A stretch of 64,000 bases of DNA from the human T2T-CHM13v2.0 reference genome, Homo sapiens, in assembly GCF_009914755.1 (NCBI RefSeq), contig NC_060925.1, one strand, 5' to 3'. The notes under the pieces were generated by a model that did no database searches, had not been told where the DNA came from, and saw nothing but the letters and a program-made list of their open reading frames with translations. Positions 1 to 14,655 of this stretch are shown one piece after another. Made by a program: the position numbers and the translations under genes. Positions within the stretch are counted from its first letter, which is position 1; every line of letters begins with the position of its first letter.

Positions 1-341
1 GAAAAATAAACAACACATGATTGTTTCAACAGATGCAGAAAAGGCCTTCAACATCCCTTCATGTTAAAACTCTCAATAAACTAGGTATTGAAGAAACATA
101 CCCCAAAATAATGAAAGTCATATATGACAAACCCACACCCAATATCATACTGAATGGGCAAAAGCTGGAAGCATTCCTCTTGAAAACCGGCACAAGATAA
201 GGATGCCCTTTCTCACCACTCCTGTTCAACATAGTATTGGAAGTTCTGCCCAGGACAATAAGGCAAGAGGAATAAATAAAAGTGTTCAAATAGAAACAGA
301 AAAAGTGAAATTATCTTTGTTTGCAGATGACATGACCTACG
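1..341 (+). mobile_element. LINE-1 ORF2 (RT region) fragment, upstream part of the L1 interrupted by THE1B
   Basis: L1 RT-region sequence (GATGCAGAAAAGGCCTT...GCAGATGACATG, FADD motif); resumes in register at 8261. Confidence 0.95.
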
Positions 342-1255
342 TGATCATGTTTGGCTCTGTGTCTCCACCCAAATCTCATCTTGTAGCTCCCATAATTCCC
401 ACGTGTTGTGGGAGGGACCTGCTAGGAGATGACTGAATTATGGGGGCAGGTCTTTCCCGTGCTGTTCTCCTGATAGTGAATGGGTCTCATGAGATCTGAT
501 GGTTTTAAAAAATGGGAGCTGCCCTGCACAAGCCTTCTCTTTGCTTGCCGCCATCCATGGAAGACATGAGTTGCTCCTCCTTGCCTTCCACCATGATTGT
601 AAGGCCTCCCCAGCCATGTGGAACTGTAAGTCCAATTAATACAGGATTTATTAAGAAATAATTTCTAGGCAGCTAGAAAGGGTAAAGGTTCTTGGTGGAA
701 ATTTTCCTGTGATAAGAACCTCCGAATCATTTATTTTCTAACAGAAAGGTGGCTTAAAGAGCTAGGCTGACAAGCTTTGATATGCAAATGCCAGCCATTA
801 AAAACTGGGTTCACCCAATATGGCAATTCCTGCCTTCTTCTTGTCACCAGGTGTGCCAAGTGTTATGGCCACCTCCAGATAACACCATGTGTTCAGAATA
901 TCATGGTGGCCTGCATTTGCATATTAAAAGGCTAAGGTGGGAGGGTGAGGGTTTTCATGGGCTACACGAATGACACCCCTAGTCAAACCAATCCCCTGGG
1001 CCCTATGCAAATCAGACAACGCCTTCTCCAGCCTCCAATATAACCTACCATTTTTCTGCCACACATGGGGTTCCCTTTCTTGGCTTGGAGCCCCCCTCCT
1101 TCTGTCTCTGTACAGGGGAGCTTCTTCATTCTTTCTTGCCTATTAAATACTCTCCACTCCTTAAAACCACTCCACATGTGTCCATGCCATTTTATCTAAA
1201 TCAGTGCAACTCCAAGAACCCTGGTATTCCTCCAGTCATTGGAGCCATATCATTT

Positions 1256-1273
1256 TGATGCATTGGCTGGGAA
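1256..1273 (+). promoter_or_regulatory. ERV primer-binding site, tRNA-Gly-like
   Basis: TGATGCATTGGCTGGGAA just after the 5' LTR; 16/18 match to TGGTGCATTGGCCGGGAA, the complement of the tRNA-Gly(GCC) 3' end. Confidence 0.7.
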
Positions 1274-2537
1274 TTCATTCATCAGAATGGTGAGTATTAG
1301 GAGTGAATCTTAACCTCAAATCTGTCCTTTACTCTTGACCCTCTCTTCCTGCTATCTTGTTGCCAAACTTTCTTTCTCTTTCTATCTGTGCTCTCTTACT
1401 CTCTCTGTATGACATGTATGGAATTTTTACAGTTCAGGGAAACAGGTCTGTTAGGAAAGATCGCAAATTGTGGCAGGCAGTAACTCAATAAACATCTCTC
1501 TCTCTCTCTATGTTTTCTCTGTCAAGAACATGGTATTTCTAAGCCAACAGTGCCTAAATTAATTCATTAGTAAGGAGATTTTAAGTATGGAAGTTAACCG
1601 GAACCATGTTTCTAAGGGTAAATGCTTTAGCATGGGCCATAATAAGCAGCCAATCTAGCACATTGCCACATTAAAGGAGCCTTGCCCAAAAGTGACACAG
1701 TCTCTCTGGAGATCTGTTTTTCAGGGAGCCAGGCAGATCACACAGGTTTAGGAATTCAAAGGGGAATCACATGAGGCAGATAAACTAAGGCTGCATGGGT
1801 AAAGCGTGGTTAGTCTCATCACTCAGTTCATCCAGTTCCATGGCTTGGCGGACCACGCCTTCAACCATGGGCAGCACATTTAACATGGTGCTGGAATCCA
1901 GGAACCAGGGAGGGAAAACAGTTGGAGGATGCTCCCACAGTCTCCTTTTCTACCCTGGGTCATATGGAAAGGAAGGAGACTAAGAGGACACTTTTATTCT
2001 TGCTTCTTTTTCTAGATGGGTAACAGATTATCTTCAGCTTTCACCCCTCTGGAGTGCACTCTGAAACACTGTAACTTCCTTATCATCAGGACTTTGAAGA
2101 GAAAAGCAACTCATTTTCTTTTGCACAAGGGCATGGTATTTTTACTAAACCTTTTCAAGCATTGTAAGATCAACCCAGCTCTTTTAGCAATCATATAGGG
2201 CAGACCTGGGGAAAATAGTTCCCCAAAAGTTAGGGAAGCAACTTTCTTGGGAGCCATCTGAGGATCCCCCTTATTTGGGGCCCCTTCAAGTTCCCTTCTC
2301 ATTACAGAACCTTAGGCAAATAAAGCAAAAACTTAGGCTGATTTTCTGATGACCCCAATAGGTATATAAGAAGTTCTCCAAAATTTAATTCAGGTAGCAG
2401 TATATCTCCTATAATACACCAAGAAGAAAGAAAGCAGATAGGGAAAGCAAAGAAAAAGCAGGAACACCATTCCCAATTGGGAAGGAAGCAGTTCCCCTTA
2501 ACAACCCTAAATGGAACCCCAATAACTCAGGAGATGA

Positions 2538-3140
2538 ATGGAAAAGGAAGTATTTTTTAATATGAATTTTAGAAGGCCTACAAAAAACAGGGCCAAACCT
2601 CTCAATTATTCTAAATTGTCTATAATAAACCAAAATCCAGATGAGAATACTGTAGCCTTTATGGAAAGGCTGAGAGAGGCGCTAATGGAGCACACCTCTT
2701 CAACTCCTGATGCAGCTGAGGGACAGCTCATCCTGAGGGACAAGTTTATTACACAGGCAGCTCCTGATATTAGGAAGAAACTACAGAAGCAAGCTATAGG
2801 ACCAAATAGCACCTTAGAAAACCTCCTGAAGGTGGCCATTACAGTCTTTTATAATAGGGACCAGGAGGAGACCCAAAAGAAAAAGAGAATGCTCAGGAGA
2901 AGGACAAAGTCTCTAGCAGCAGCTTTGCAGGTCTGCAAAGTCCAGGATCCCCAAGGTGCATCCACCAGTTGCTATCGTTGTGGCAATCCAGGGCATTTTA
3001 AAAAGGAATGCCCAGGCAGCAAGATGAAGCCACCTCAACCCTGTCCAGCCTGTAATGGAAACCACTGGAGATGGAACTATCCCCAGAGATGGAGGTCACT
3101 GGGTGCAAGACCAGTCTCACAGATGATCCAGCAGGACTGA
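2538..3140 (+). pseudogene. gag: ERV gag C-terminal remnant (capsid C-terminal domain plus CCHC zinc knuckle)
   Basis: 200-aa ORF with MHR-like QNPDENTVAFMERLREAL, FITQAAPDIRKKLQK and CYRCGNPGHFKKEC; upstream gag disrupted. Confidence 0.85.
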
Positions 3141-6100
3141 CGGGTCCCAGGGCTCAAACCCCAGCTCCAGTGGCTCAAACTGCCATTATAACACTGGAGT
3201 ACTGGGTTATTCTAGAAATTAAAGGAAGGAAAGTAATCCTCCTGCTAAACACTAGAGCCAGTCTCTCTCTTTTCTCCTCTCTAATCAGGCCTCCACTCTT
3301 CCCATAGCACGACCCTAAGGGGCATCTCAGGAATAACTCTAATCCAATATTTTTCTCAACCTTAGTTGCAGCTAGGAGGACCTATTGTTTACACATGCTT
3401 CGAAGCCATTGTCATGATAGCTTTACTAGTCAGAAAAGCCTCCAAGTCAACCCTAGGAAATAATTTCACTGTTTACACTCCACATGATGTGGCAGGATCA
3501 CTGTCCTCTAGGGGGAGCTCTTAGCAAACAGCCAATAGAGCAAGAAGTACATAAGGCAGGATAAGTAGTAAGTCACTTTCTCCAAACACAGTGCTCAATT
3601 AGCTCAGCTAATAGCTCTTACAAGACCACATGAATTAAGCAAGGGAAAGAAAGCTAACATTTATACTAACTCCAAGTACGCTTTCTAAGTTCTCCATGCT
3701 CATGCTGCCATTTAAAAGAAAAAATATTTTCTTACCACCAATGGATCTCCTATAAAATATCACCAGAAAATTAACAGGTTATTATCCTCAGTTTTTGTTC
3801 CATGACAGATAGCAGGGATGCGTTGTAAGGAATATCGAAAGGGAACAAATGAGGTAGCCAAAGAAAATAGGTTAGACTAATCAGGCAGCTAAGTTAAAGG
3901 CAAGGAAGCCTTAAGTCATCAACGCACCTCAAGCCCCTTCTAATCTAGGAAGGCTCCATAAAAGAAATTAAACCTTAGTATTCCCCTGCAAAAATAAAAT
4001 AGGCCACTTGTCGAGGGCATTCTTCCCAGCCCTCAGAATGGCTAGTCAAAGGATGGCAAACTCCATTTGCCAGGCTCCAGCCAATGAAAAGTCCTTAAAA
4101 TCCTTCACCAAACTTTTCACTTGGGAAAGGACAAAACTTATCAATGTGTTCAAAGGTTGTTTTCAGGCAGGAAATCTCTAAATTGGTTAAGCATGTAACC
4201 TCTCTAGCTCACTTCCAACAGGAATTAGCACAACTGGCAGAAGCCCAACCCCAGGAAATAGAACAAACTTTATTTAACCCAGGAAATTTGGTATTAGGAA
4301 AAATTCTCATCTCTGTCTCCTTCCCTAAGCCAAGCTGGGAAGGGCCCTGAACTGTTCTTCTTTCAACCCCCTAGGCAGTAAAAGTTACAGGAATCAACTC
4401 CTGGATACATCGCACTCAAGTCAAAGCCTGAAGAGCTAAGGGAACAACCCCTGACAGCCCAGAGGAACGTCCTGAATATCAATGTTAAGAAATAGAAGAT
4501 CTTAAGCTGAAAATTATAAAAGGTAAGTAACTGGGTGAGATGTACTCATCTTATTCAGTCCCACTCCTACCTCACCAGATACCTTTTATTATTTCTACCC
4601 TTTCCTCTCAAAATTTGCCACTAAATAGTAAACCTTCTTTTTAACTCATATTTGCAGGGAGATTTAATTATACATGGAATTTCATTTGTAACTTTGTAGA
4701 TCCCCAAAGGGAAATGTTATATCTTGGCAAGTAAAGTTTTAAACAGAAATTATTTACTATGCCACTTTTGTGGTATAGTAGGATTAATAATTGCAAGAAA
4801 AATTTAGTAAAGGTTGTTTTGCTTATAGCAGGAGTAATAGTTATGGATAAGAAGCAAGCATAAAAGTTTTACTATCATTAAGTTTAATAAGACTTTTTAT
4901 TGAAAATTAATAATATAATGCACTCTAAATTATGGAAAGAAGGTTATAAAGAAAAAGATTTTATATAGGAAAGAATTTTTTACGGTAAACACTTGTCCTA
5001 AAAGGAAATAACTGGTTGTTTAAAGGATGGATGTTTAGGACAAGTCAAAAAGTTTAAGTGTGTTGTTAGAGGGTCTGTGAAAGTCATAAAAGATTTTAAT
5101 AATTAAAGGAAAGGAATTGTCCAGATTAACGCTAAAGGTATTTAGCCACCAAATGACGTATCTCTCCCAAGCATATTGCAAGTTATAAAAATGGCTAAGC
5201 CTGAAGTTATTCTCTAATGGCAAGCCAAGGAGAAATGTATGCTTTTCTCAAGGAAAATGTTACTTTTATGTTAACGTTTCTGGTAATGTACAGCGACATC
5301 TAGTGGAGGAAAACCGGTATTGCAATTCATTGGTGCAACTAACAGGTGTCAAACTCTACTGTCAGTTATGGCCTATGGGACATCCACTAGCAGTGGTCAT
5401 CTTAATGCTCACCTTCTAACCCTATCTTTAAACCTTCTTGTGAAATTTGTCTCTTTTTGCCTAGAAGCAATAAAAGTCCAAACAGTGCTGCAAGCAGAGC
5501 CATACATGGACATGCCATTCTTCCAAAAACCCTTAAATCAACCTAAGAGAAGGCCCGACTGCTGTTCCCCTACATGACACCCCTTTTCAGCAGGAAGTAG
5601 CCAGAAAGAATCATCATCCAACACCCCCTAAAAGCGATTAGGTTTCCTTCTCTTGAGGGAGGGAATAAGACAGGAGTAATTACGAAATAATTTTTAGGCA
5701 GCTAGAAAGGGCAAAGATTCTTGGTGGAAATTTTCCTGTAATAAGAAGCAACCTCCGAACCATTTCGTTTCTAACAGAAAGGTGGCTTAAAGAGCTAGGC
5801 TGGCAAGCCTTGATATGCAAATGCTGACCATTAAAAACTGGGTTCACCCAATATGGCCATTCCTGCCTTCTTCTTCTTGTCACCAGGTGTGCCAAGTGTC
5901 ATGGCCACCTCCAGATAACACTATGTGTTCAAAACATCATGGCCCCCTGCGTTTGCATATTAAAAGGCTAAGGTGGGAGGGCCAGGTTTTTCACAGGCTA
6001 CGTAAATGACACACCTAGTCAAACCAATCCCCTGGGCACTATGCAAATCAGACACTGCCTCCTGAAGCCTCCAATATAACCGACAATTTTCCACCCCTCC

Positions 6101-8260
6101 TTCTGTCTCTATACAGGGGAGCTGCTTTATTCTATCTTGCCTGTTAAACACTCTCCACTTCTTAAAACCACTCCACGTGTGTCCATGTCATTTTATCTAA
6201 ATCAGTGGAAGACCAAGAACCCTGGTGTTCCTCCAGTCATCAGAGCCATATCACAATTGAGCCGCTTTCTTTTGTAAATGGCCTGGTCTGAGGTATGTCT
6301 TTATCAGCAATGTGAAAATGGACTAATAAGTAAACAGTACCAGTAGAGTGGGGTGTTGCTGAAAAGATACCCGAAAATGTGGAAGCAACTTTGGAACTGG
6401 GTAACAGGCAGAGGTTGGAACAGTTTGGAGGGCTCAGAAGAAGACACGGAAATGTGGGAAAGTTTGGAACTTTCTAGAGACTTGTTGAATGGCTTTGACA
6501 AAAATCTTGACAGTGATATGAACAATAAGGTCCAGGCTGAGGTGGTCTCAGGTGGAGATGATAAACTTGTTGGGAACTGGAGCAAAGGTGACTCTTGTTA
6601 TATTTTAGCAAAGAGATTGACAGCATTTTTGCCCCTGCCCTAGAGATTTGTGGAACTTTGAACTTGAGAGAGATGATTTAGGTTATCTGGCAGAAGAAAT
6701 TTCTAAGCAGCAAAGCATTTCAGAGATGACTTGGGTGCTGTTAAAGGCATTCAGTTTTAAAAGGGAAACAGAGCATTAAAGTTTGAAAAATTAGCAGCCT
6801 GACAATGCAATAGAAAAGAAAATCCTATTTTCTGAGGAGAAATTCAAGTCTGCTGCAAAAATTTGCGTAAGTAACAAGGAGCCAAGTGTTAATCACTAAG
6901 ACAATAGGAAAAATGTCTCCAGGCCATGTCAGAGACCTTTGTGGCAGACCCTTCCATCACAGGACCATTGGTTTAACAGGAAAAAAGTGGTTTCATAGGC
7001 TGAGCCCAGGGTCCCTGTGCTGTGTGCAGCCTGGGGATTTGGTGCCCTGTGTCACAACCACTCCAGCCATGGCTGAATGAGGCTGATGCAGAGCTTGGGC
7101 CATGGCTTCACAGGTGCAAGCCTCAAGCCTTGGCACCTTCCATGTGGTGTTGAGCCTGTGAGTGCACAGAAGTCAAAAATTGAGGTTTGGAAACCTCTGC
7201 CTAGATTTCAGAAGATGTATGGGAATGCCTGGATGCCCAGGCAGAAGTTTGCTGTAGGGGTGGGGTCCTCATGGAGAACCTCTGCTAGGGCAATGCAGAA
7301 GGGAAATGTGGGGTGGGAAATCCCACACAGAGTCCCTACTGGGGCACCACCTAGTGGAGCTGTGAGAAGAGGGCCACCATCCTCCAGACCCCAGAATGGC
7401 AGATCCACTGACAGCTTGCACTGTGTGCCTGGAAAAGCTGCAGACACTCAACACCAGCCCATGAAGGCAGCAGGGAGGGAGGCTGTACCCTGCAAAGCCA
7501 CAGGGCTGGAGCTGCCCAAGACTATGGAAACCTACCTCTTGCATCAGTGTGACCTGGATATGAGACATGGAGTCAAAGGAGATCATTTTGGAGCTTTAAG
7601 ATTTGACTGCCCTGCTGGATTTCAAACTTGCATGGGGCCTGTAGTCCCTTTGTTTTGGCCAATTTCTCCCATTTGGAATGGCTGTATCTACCCAATACCT
7701 GTATCCCCATTGCATCTAAAAAGCAAGCAACTTGCTTTTGATTTTACAGGCTCATAGGTGGAAGGGACTTGCCTTGTCTTGGATGAGACTTTGGACTGTG
7801 GGCTTTTGAGTTAATGACTTCGGGGGACTGTTGAGAAGGCATGATTGGTTTTGAAATGTGAAGATATGAGATTTGGGAGGTGCCAGGTGGAATGATATGG
7901 TTTGACTCTGTGTTCCCACCCAAATCTCATCTTGTAGCTCCCATAATTCCCACATGTTGTGGGAGGGACCTGGTGGGAGATGATTGAATTATGGGGGCAG
8001 GTCTTTCCCATGCTGTTTTCATGATACTAAAGGGGTCTCATGAGGTCTGGTGGTTTTAAAAAATGGGAGTTGCCCTGCACAAACTTTCTCTTTGCCTGCT
8101 GCCATCCATGTAAGACGTGACTCACTTCTCCTTGCCTTCTGCCATGATTGTGAGGCCTCGCCAGCCATGTGGAATTGCAAGTCCAATTAAACCTCTTTCT
8201 TTTGTAAATTGCCCAGTCTTAGGTACGTCTTTATCAGTAGCATGAAAACAGACTAATACA

Positions 8261-10200
8261 CTATATCTAGAAAACCTTATAGTCTCAGCCCAAAAGCTTC
8301 TTAAGCTGATAAGCAACTTCAGCAATCTCAGAATACAAAGTCAATGTATAAAAATTGCCAGCGTTCCTATACACCAACAACAGGCAAGCAGGGAGCCAAA
8401 TCATGAATGAACTTCCATTCACAATTGCTACAAAAAGAATAAAATACCTAGGAATACAGTTAACAAGGGAAGTGAAGGACCTCTTCAAAGAGAACTACAA
8501 ATCATTGCTCAAAGAAATCAGAGAGGACATGAACAAATGGAAAAACATTCCAGGCTCATGGATAGGAAGAATTAATATTGTGAAAATGGCCATAATGCTT
8601 AAAGTAATTTATAGATTCAATGCTATTCCTATCAAATTACCAATTACATTCTTCACAGAATTAGAGGAAAAGTATTTAAAAATTCACGTGGAACAAACAA
8701 ATAGCCCCAATAGCCAAGACAATCCTAAGCAAAAAGAGCAAAGCTGGAGGCATCATGCTTTCCAACTTCAAACTATACTACAAGGCTACAGTAACCAGAA
8801 CAGCATGGTACTGGTACAAGAACAGACACACTGACCAATGGAACAGAATAGAGAACTCAGAAACAAGACCAAACACTTACAACCATCTGATCCTGGACAA
8901 ACCTGACAAAAATAAGCAATGGGGAAAGTATGCCCTATCTAATAAACGGTGCTGGGAGAACTGGCTAGCCGTATGCAGAAAACTGAAACTGGACCCCCTT
9001 CTTACACCATATACAAAAATTAACACAAGATGGATTAAAGACTTAAATGTAAAACCCAAAATTATAAAAGCCCTAGGAGAAAATATGGGCAATACAATTC
9101 AGGACATAGGCACGGGCAAAGATTTCATGACAAAAAATGCCAAAAGCAATCGTAACACAAGCAAAAATTGACAAATTGGATCTAATTAAAATAAAAAGCT
9201 CCTGCACAGCAAAAGAAACTATCACAGTGAACAGACAACCTACAGCATGGGAGGAAATTTTTGCAATTTATTCATCTGACCAAGGTCTAATATCCAGAGC
9301 CTAAAAGGAAATTAAACAAATATACAAGAAACAAACAAACCCATTAAAAAGTGGGCAAATGACTAGAACAGACACTTCTCAAAATAAGATATACATGCAG
9401 CCAGCAATCATATGAAGAAAAGCCCAACATCATTGATCATTATTTGCAAATCAAAATCACAATGAGATACCATCTCATGCCAGTCAGAATGGTGATTATT
9501 GAAAAGCCAAAAGCAACAGATGCTGCTGATGTTGTGCAGAAAAAGGAATGCTTTAATGCTGTTGGTGGGAGTGTACATTAGTTTAACCATTGTGGAAGAC
9601 AGTGTGGTGATTCCTCAAAGAAATAGAGGCAGAAATACCATTTGACCCTGCAATCCCATTACTGGGCATATACCCAAAGGAGTATAAATCATTCGATCAT
9701 AAAGATACGTGCATGTGTATGTTCATGGCAGCATTATTCACAACAGCAAAGTCATGGTATCTACCCAAATGTCCATTAATAATAGACTGGATAAAGAAAA
9801 TGTGGTACATATATACTGTGAAATACTATGCAGCCATAAAAAGGAATGAGTTTATGTCCTTTGCAGGAACATGGATGGAGTTGAAAGTCATTATCCTCAG
9901 CAAACTAATGCAGGAATAGAAAACGAAACACTGCACGTTCTCACTTATAAGTGGGAACTGAATGATGAGAACACATGGACACATAGAGGGGAACAACTCA
10001 CACTGGAGTCTGGGTAGGGAGGGTTGGAGAAGGAAGAACATCAGGAAGAACAGCTAATGGATGCTGGACTTAATACCTAGGTGATGGGATGATCTGTGCA
10101 GCAAACCAACATGGCACACATTTACCTATGTAACAAACCTGCACATCCTGCACATATACCGCTGAACTTAAAATAAAAGTTGAAGGAAAAAAAGAAAGAA
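8261..10200 (+). mobile_element. L1PA (older, about PA13-16) ORF2 3' part, 3' UTR and poly-A
   Basis: Frameshifted ORF2 pieces 8355-8834 and 8755-9171; L1 3' UTR ending AATAAAAGTTG plus A-rich tail. Confidence 0.9.
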
Positions 10201-11055
10201 AATGTACATATGCATAATGGAGTGCTATTCAGCCATAAAAAAGAATGAGATCCTCTCATTTACAACAAAAGGATGAAACTGAAGATCATTTTGTTAGGTG
10301 AAATAAGCTAGGCACAGAAAGACAAACTTCATGTTCTCACTTATGTGTGGAAGCTAAAAATTAAAGCAATTGAGCTCACGGAGATAGAGAGTAGAAGAAT
10401 AGTTACCAGAGGCTGGGAAGAGTAGTGGAGGTGAGGGTGGAGGTGGAGTGACTAATGAATATAAAATTAGTTAGAAAGAATAAATAATACCTAGTATTTT
10501 CTAGTGCAACAGTGTGATTATTGTCAAAAATAATTTAGGCTGGGCACGGTGGCTCATGCCTGTAATCCTAGCACTTTGGGAGGCTGAGGCGGGCAGATCA
10601 CGAGGTCAGGAGATAGAGACCCTCCTGGCTAACACGGTGAAACCCCATCTCTACTAAAATTACAAAAAAATTAGCCGGGCGTGGTGGCGGGCACCTGCAA
10701 TCCCAGCTACTCAGGAGGCTGAGGCAGGAGAATTGCTTGAAATGGGGAGGCGGAGATTGCAGTGAGCCAAGATCATGCCACTCACTGCACTCCAGCCTGG
10801 GCGACAAGAGTGAGACTCCATCTCAAAAAAATAATAATAATAATAATTTAATTCTACATTTAAAAATAATGCAGAGTATATAGAATTGGATTATTTGTAA
10901 CACAAAGGATAAATGCTTGAGGTGATGGGTACTACATTTACCCTGATGTGATTAGTATGCATTCCATGCCTATATAAAAATATTTCATGTAACATACAAA
11001 TGTCTACACCTACATTTGTACCCACAAAAATTATAAATAAAAATTAACTTAAAAA
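10201..11055 (+). mobile_element. L1MA 3' end, interrupted by Alu
   Basis: L1MA-type 3' UTR (GGCACAGAAAGACAAAC...GAGAGTAGAAG...GTACCCACAAAAATT). Confidence 0.8.
10538..10845 (+). mobile_element. Alu (AluSc-like)
   Basis: Full dimer with A/(TAA)n tail; TSD about AATAATTTA. Confidence 0.93.
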
Positions 11056-13058
11056 GTTAAACACGCATACAAAGAAAATGTGGTACATATACACCATGGA
11101 ATACTATGCAGCCATAAATAGTATGAAATCATGTCTTTTGCAACAACATGGATGCAGCTGGAGGCCATTATCCTAAGCAAAGTAATGCAGAAAGAGAAAA
11201 CCAAATACCACATCCTCTCACTTATAAGTGGGAACGAAGCATTGTGCACACATGGACAATGAAATCGAGGGCAAAAACTATATCATTATTTCAAAAGACT
11301 CAGAAAAAGCACTTGATGAAATTTAACATCTTTCATGATAAAAACTCTGAACGCATTAAGTTAAAGATTCCACAGGGGGAAAAAACCCTATTCGAGCTAA
11401 CAAACAAATTTGGTAAAGTTGAAGGGTACACAATCAACATACAAAAATTAGTAGTATTTCTATATGCTAATAATGTACGATCTGAAAAAGAAATTATGAA
11501 AACAATTCCACTTTTAATAGTTACCCCAAAATACCTAGTAATAAATTTAACCAAGGAGGTTAAGATATCTGCAATGAAAAAGATAAAACATTGATGAAAG
11601 GCATTGAGAAAGATACAAATAAATGGAAAGATATACCATGTTCATGGTTGGAAAAATATTTTTAAAATATCCATACTATCCAAAGCGATCTACAGATTTA
11701 ATGCAATATGTATAAAAATACCAATTACATTCTTCACATAAATTTTAAAAATGTAAAATATATATGGAACTATAAAAGACCCCAAATTGTCAAAAAGATC
11801 TTAAGCAAAAAATACAAAGTTGGTGGCAAAACCTCAAAATATTCTACAAAATTATAGTAATTAAAACAGCATGATACCAGCATATAAACAGACACATGAC
11901 CACTGGGACAAAATAGAGAACCCAGAAATAAATCCATGCATTCATAGTCAAATAATTTTTGACAAAGGCACCAATAACACACATTGGGGAAAGGGACAGC
12001 CTCTTTAATAAATGGTGCTAAGAAAACTGAGTGCAAACTACGTGCACAAAAATGAAACTAGATGCCTATCTCTAACTACATACGAAAAAAGAACTCAAAT
12101 GGATTAAATACTTAAATGTAAGACCAAAAACTATGAAAATACTAGAAGAAAACATAACGGAATTGCTTCATGACATTGGTCTGGGCAATAATTTTTTGGA
12201 TAAGAACTCAAAATCACAGGCAAAAGCAAAAATAGACAAATGGGTTCATATACTAAAAAGCTTCTGCACAGCAAAGAAAAAAATCAGCAGAGTGAAGAGA
12301 CAATCTATAGAATGAGAGAAAATATTTGCAAAGCAGGTCAGTAACTAAAAAACAAAAAATCTTATTACACATGGGCAAAAGATCTGAATAAATATTTCTC
12401 AAAAGAAGCACACAAATTGCTAATAGGTTTATTTTTTACGTGTTCAACATCACTATCATCAGAGAAATGCAAAACAAAATAAAAAGTCACAGTGAGTGTC
12501 ACCTCACCTCACTTAGAATGGCTAACCAAAAAAACCCACCAAATGCTGGCAAGGATGTGGAGAAAGGACGCACCGTTGGTGGAAACATAAATTAGTACAG
12601 CCATTATGAACCATAGTATGGAAATTCCTAAATATTAGAAATCAAACTACCATATGATCCAGCAATCCCACTTCTGAGTCATTCCTTCTGAGTATATATC
12701 CAGAGGAAATGAAATCAGTATGTCAAAAAAAAAAAATCTGTAATCCCTTGTTTATTGTAGCACTATTCTCAATAGCCAAGATATGTAATAAACCTAAGTG
12801 TCCATCAATGGATAAATGGGTACAAAAAACGTGGTAGTTATACACAAATAAATACTATTTGGCCATAAAAAAATAAAATGTTATTTGCAACAACATGGAT
12901 GAACCTGAAGCCATTATATTAAATGAAATAAGCCAAGCATAGAAGGACAAATACCACATGTTCTCACTCATATGTGGAATTGAAAAAAGTTGACATTGAA
13001 CAAGTAGAGAGTAGAATAGTAGTTACCCGGGTCTTGGGAGTGTGAGAGAGGAGGATGA

Positions 13059-13390
<332 letters not shown>

Positions 13391-13490
13391 GTTGCAGTTA
13401 GGCGGCATAAGTTCTAGAGTCCCATTGAACGGTAGGGAGAATATAGTTAACAATAATATATTGTATATTAAAAATTGCTAGAAGAGGTGA

Positions 13491-13788
<298 letters not shown>

Positions 13789-14655
13789 AGTGATTTTTAA
13801 ATATTTCACCACAAAGAAATGGCAAATGTTTCAGGTGAGGAAATATGCAATTAATTTGATTTTATCGTTACACAATGTTTGCATGTATCAAAACATCACA
13901 CTTTATTCCATAAATATGTAAAATTATTATGTATCAATTAAAAATAAAATAAAACTTTAAAAAGATGTGGCTAGAATAGAAACTCCTTGGTACTCTTTCC
14001 CTAGTTTAGCCTTCAGAGAAAAAGCTTCACATAAATTGAAACATACAACTATATTAGCTCTTGCTTGTTTAGCTCAAAATTACTTGTTAGATTCACCCTT
14101 GTGGCTCCATGTAGCTCTAATTTATTTGTTTTCATTTCCATATAAAAAATTCCATTGTGCAAATTATTGGTAGTACTGGATGGTTTTAAATTTTTTGTTG
14201 TTTTGAAGTGTGCTATTGTGAGCATTCCTACACATATATCCTGCTGCACAGGTACATGAGTTTCTCTACATATATAGCTAGGAATAAAATTGCTCAGGTT
14301 TAAAATATACGTATGTTCAGCTTTACTAAATAATGCCAAACAATTTTTCAAAGTTATTATACCAATTTCTACTCTGCCAGCAGTGAAATAGTTCTTGTTA
14401 TTCCACATTACCGACCCTGATATTGTCAGACTTATAATTTTTAATCCATTGATGTGTAATAATATCTCATTATGGTTTTAACTTTCAAATCTATGATTAC
14501 TAATAAGGATGAGCACTTTTAATGCATTTTTGGCCATTTAAATTCCTATTTTATAAAATGTTCATTTTTCTGTTTCTTCCTATTGAGTAGCCTGTATTTT
14601 TAAAATTGATTTGTAGAAATTCTATGTCAGTGTCATTTGTCAGATACGTGTTGCA

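Larger units (their letters stand above)
637..6253 (+). mobile_element. ERV1-class provirus (LTR9/HUERS-P3-like; family name tentative), internally deleted, both LTRs present
   Basis: Direct-repeat LTRs 637-1252 and 5666-6253; 4-bp TSD CAAT (633-636, 6254-6257); polypurine tract 5655-5665; gag, pro/pol and env-like remnants. Confidence 0.9.
342..8260 (+). mobile_element. Full THE1B-like MaLR element: 5' LTR 342-636 plus 6258-6329 (split by ERV), internal 6330-7892, 3' LTR 7893-8260
   Basis: 3' LTR runs TGATATGGTTTG...GACTAATACA; THE1-int with ORF remnants 6353-6643 and 7077-7757; degenerate 5-bp TSD CTACG (337-341)/CTATA (8261-8265). Confidence 0.92.

Noticed and set aside
2538-3140. 200-aa gag ORF as a domesticated gene
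   Set aside because: Only a C-terminal fragment with a frameshift-derived start in a decayed provirus; no sign of preservation
7077-7757. 226-aa ORF as a novel protein
   Set aside because: Remnant of the standard THE1-int ORF, disrupted upstream
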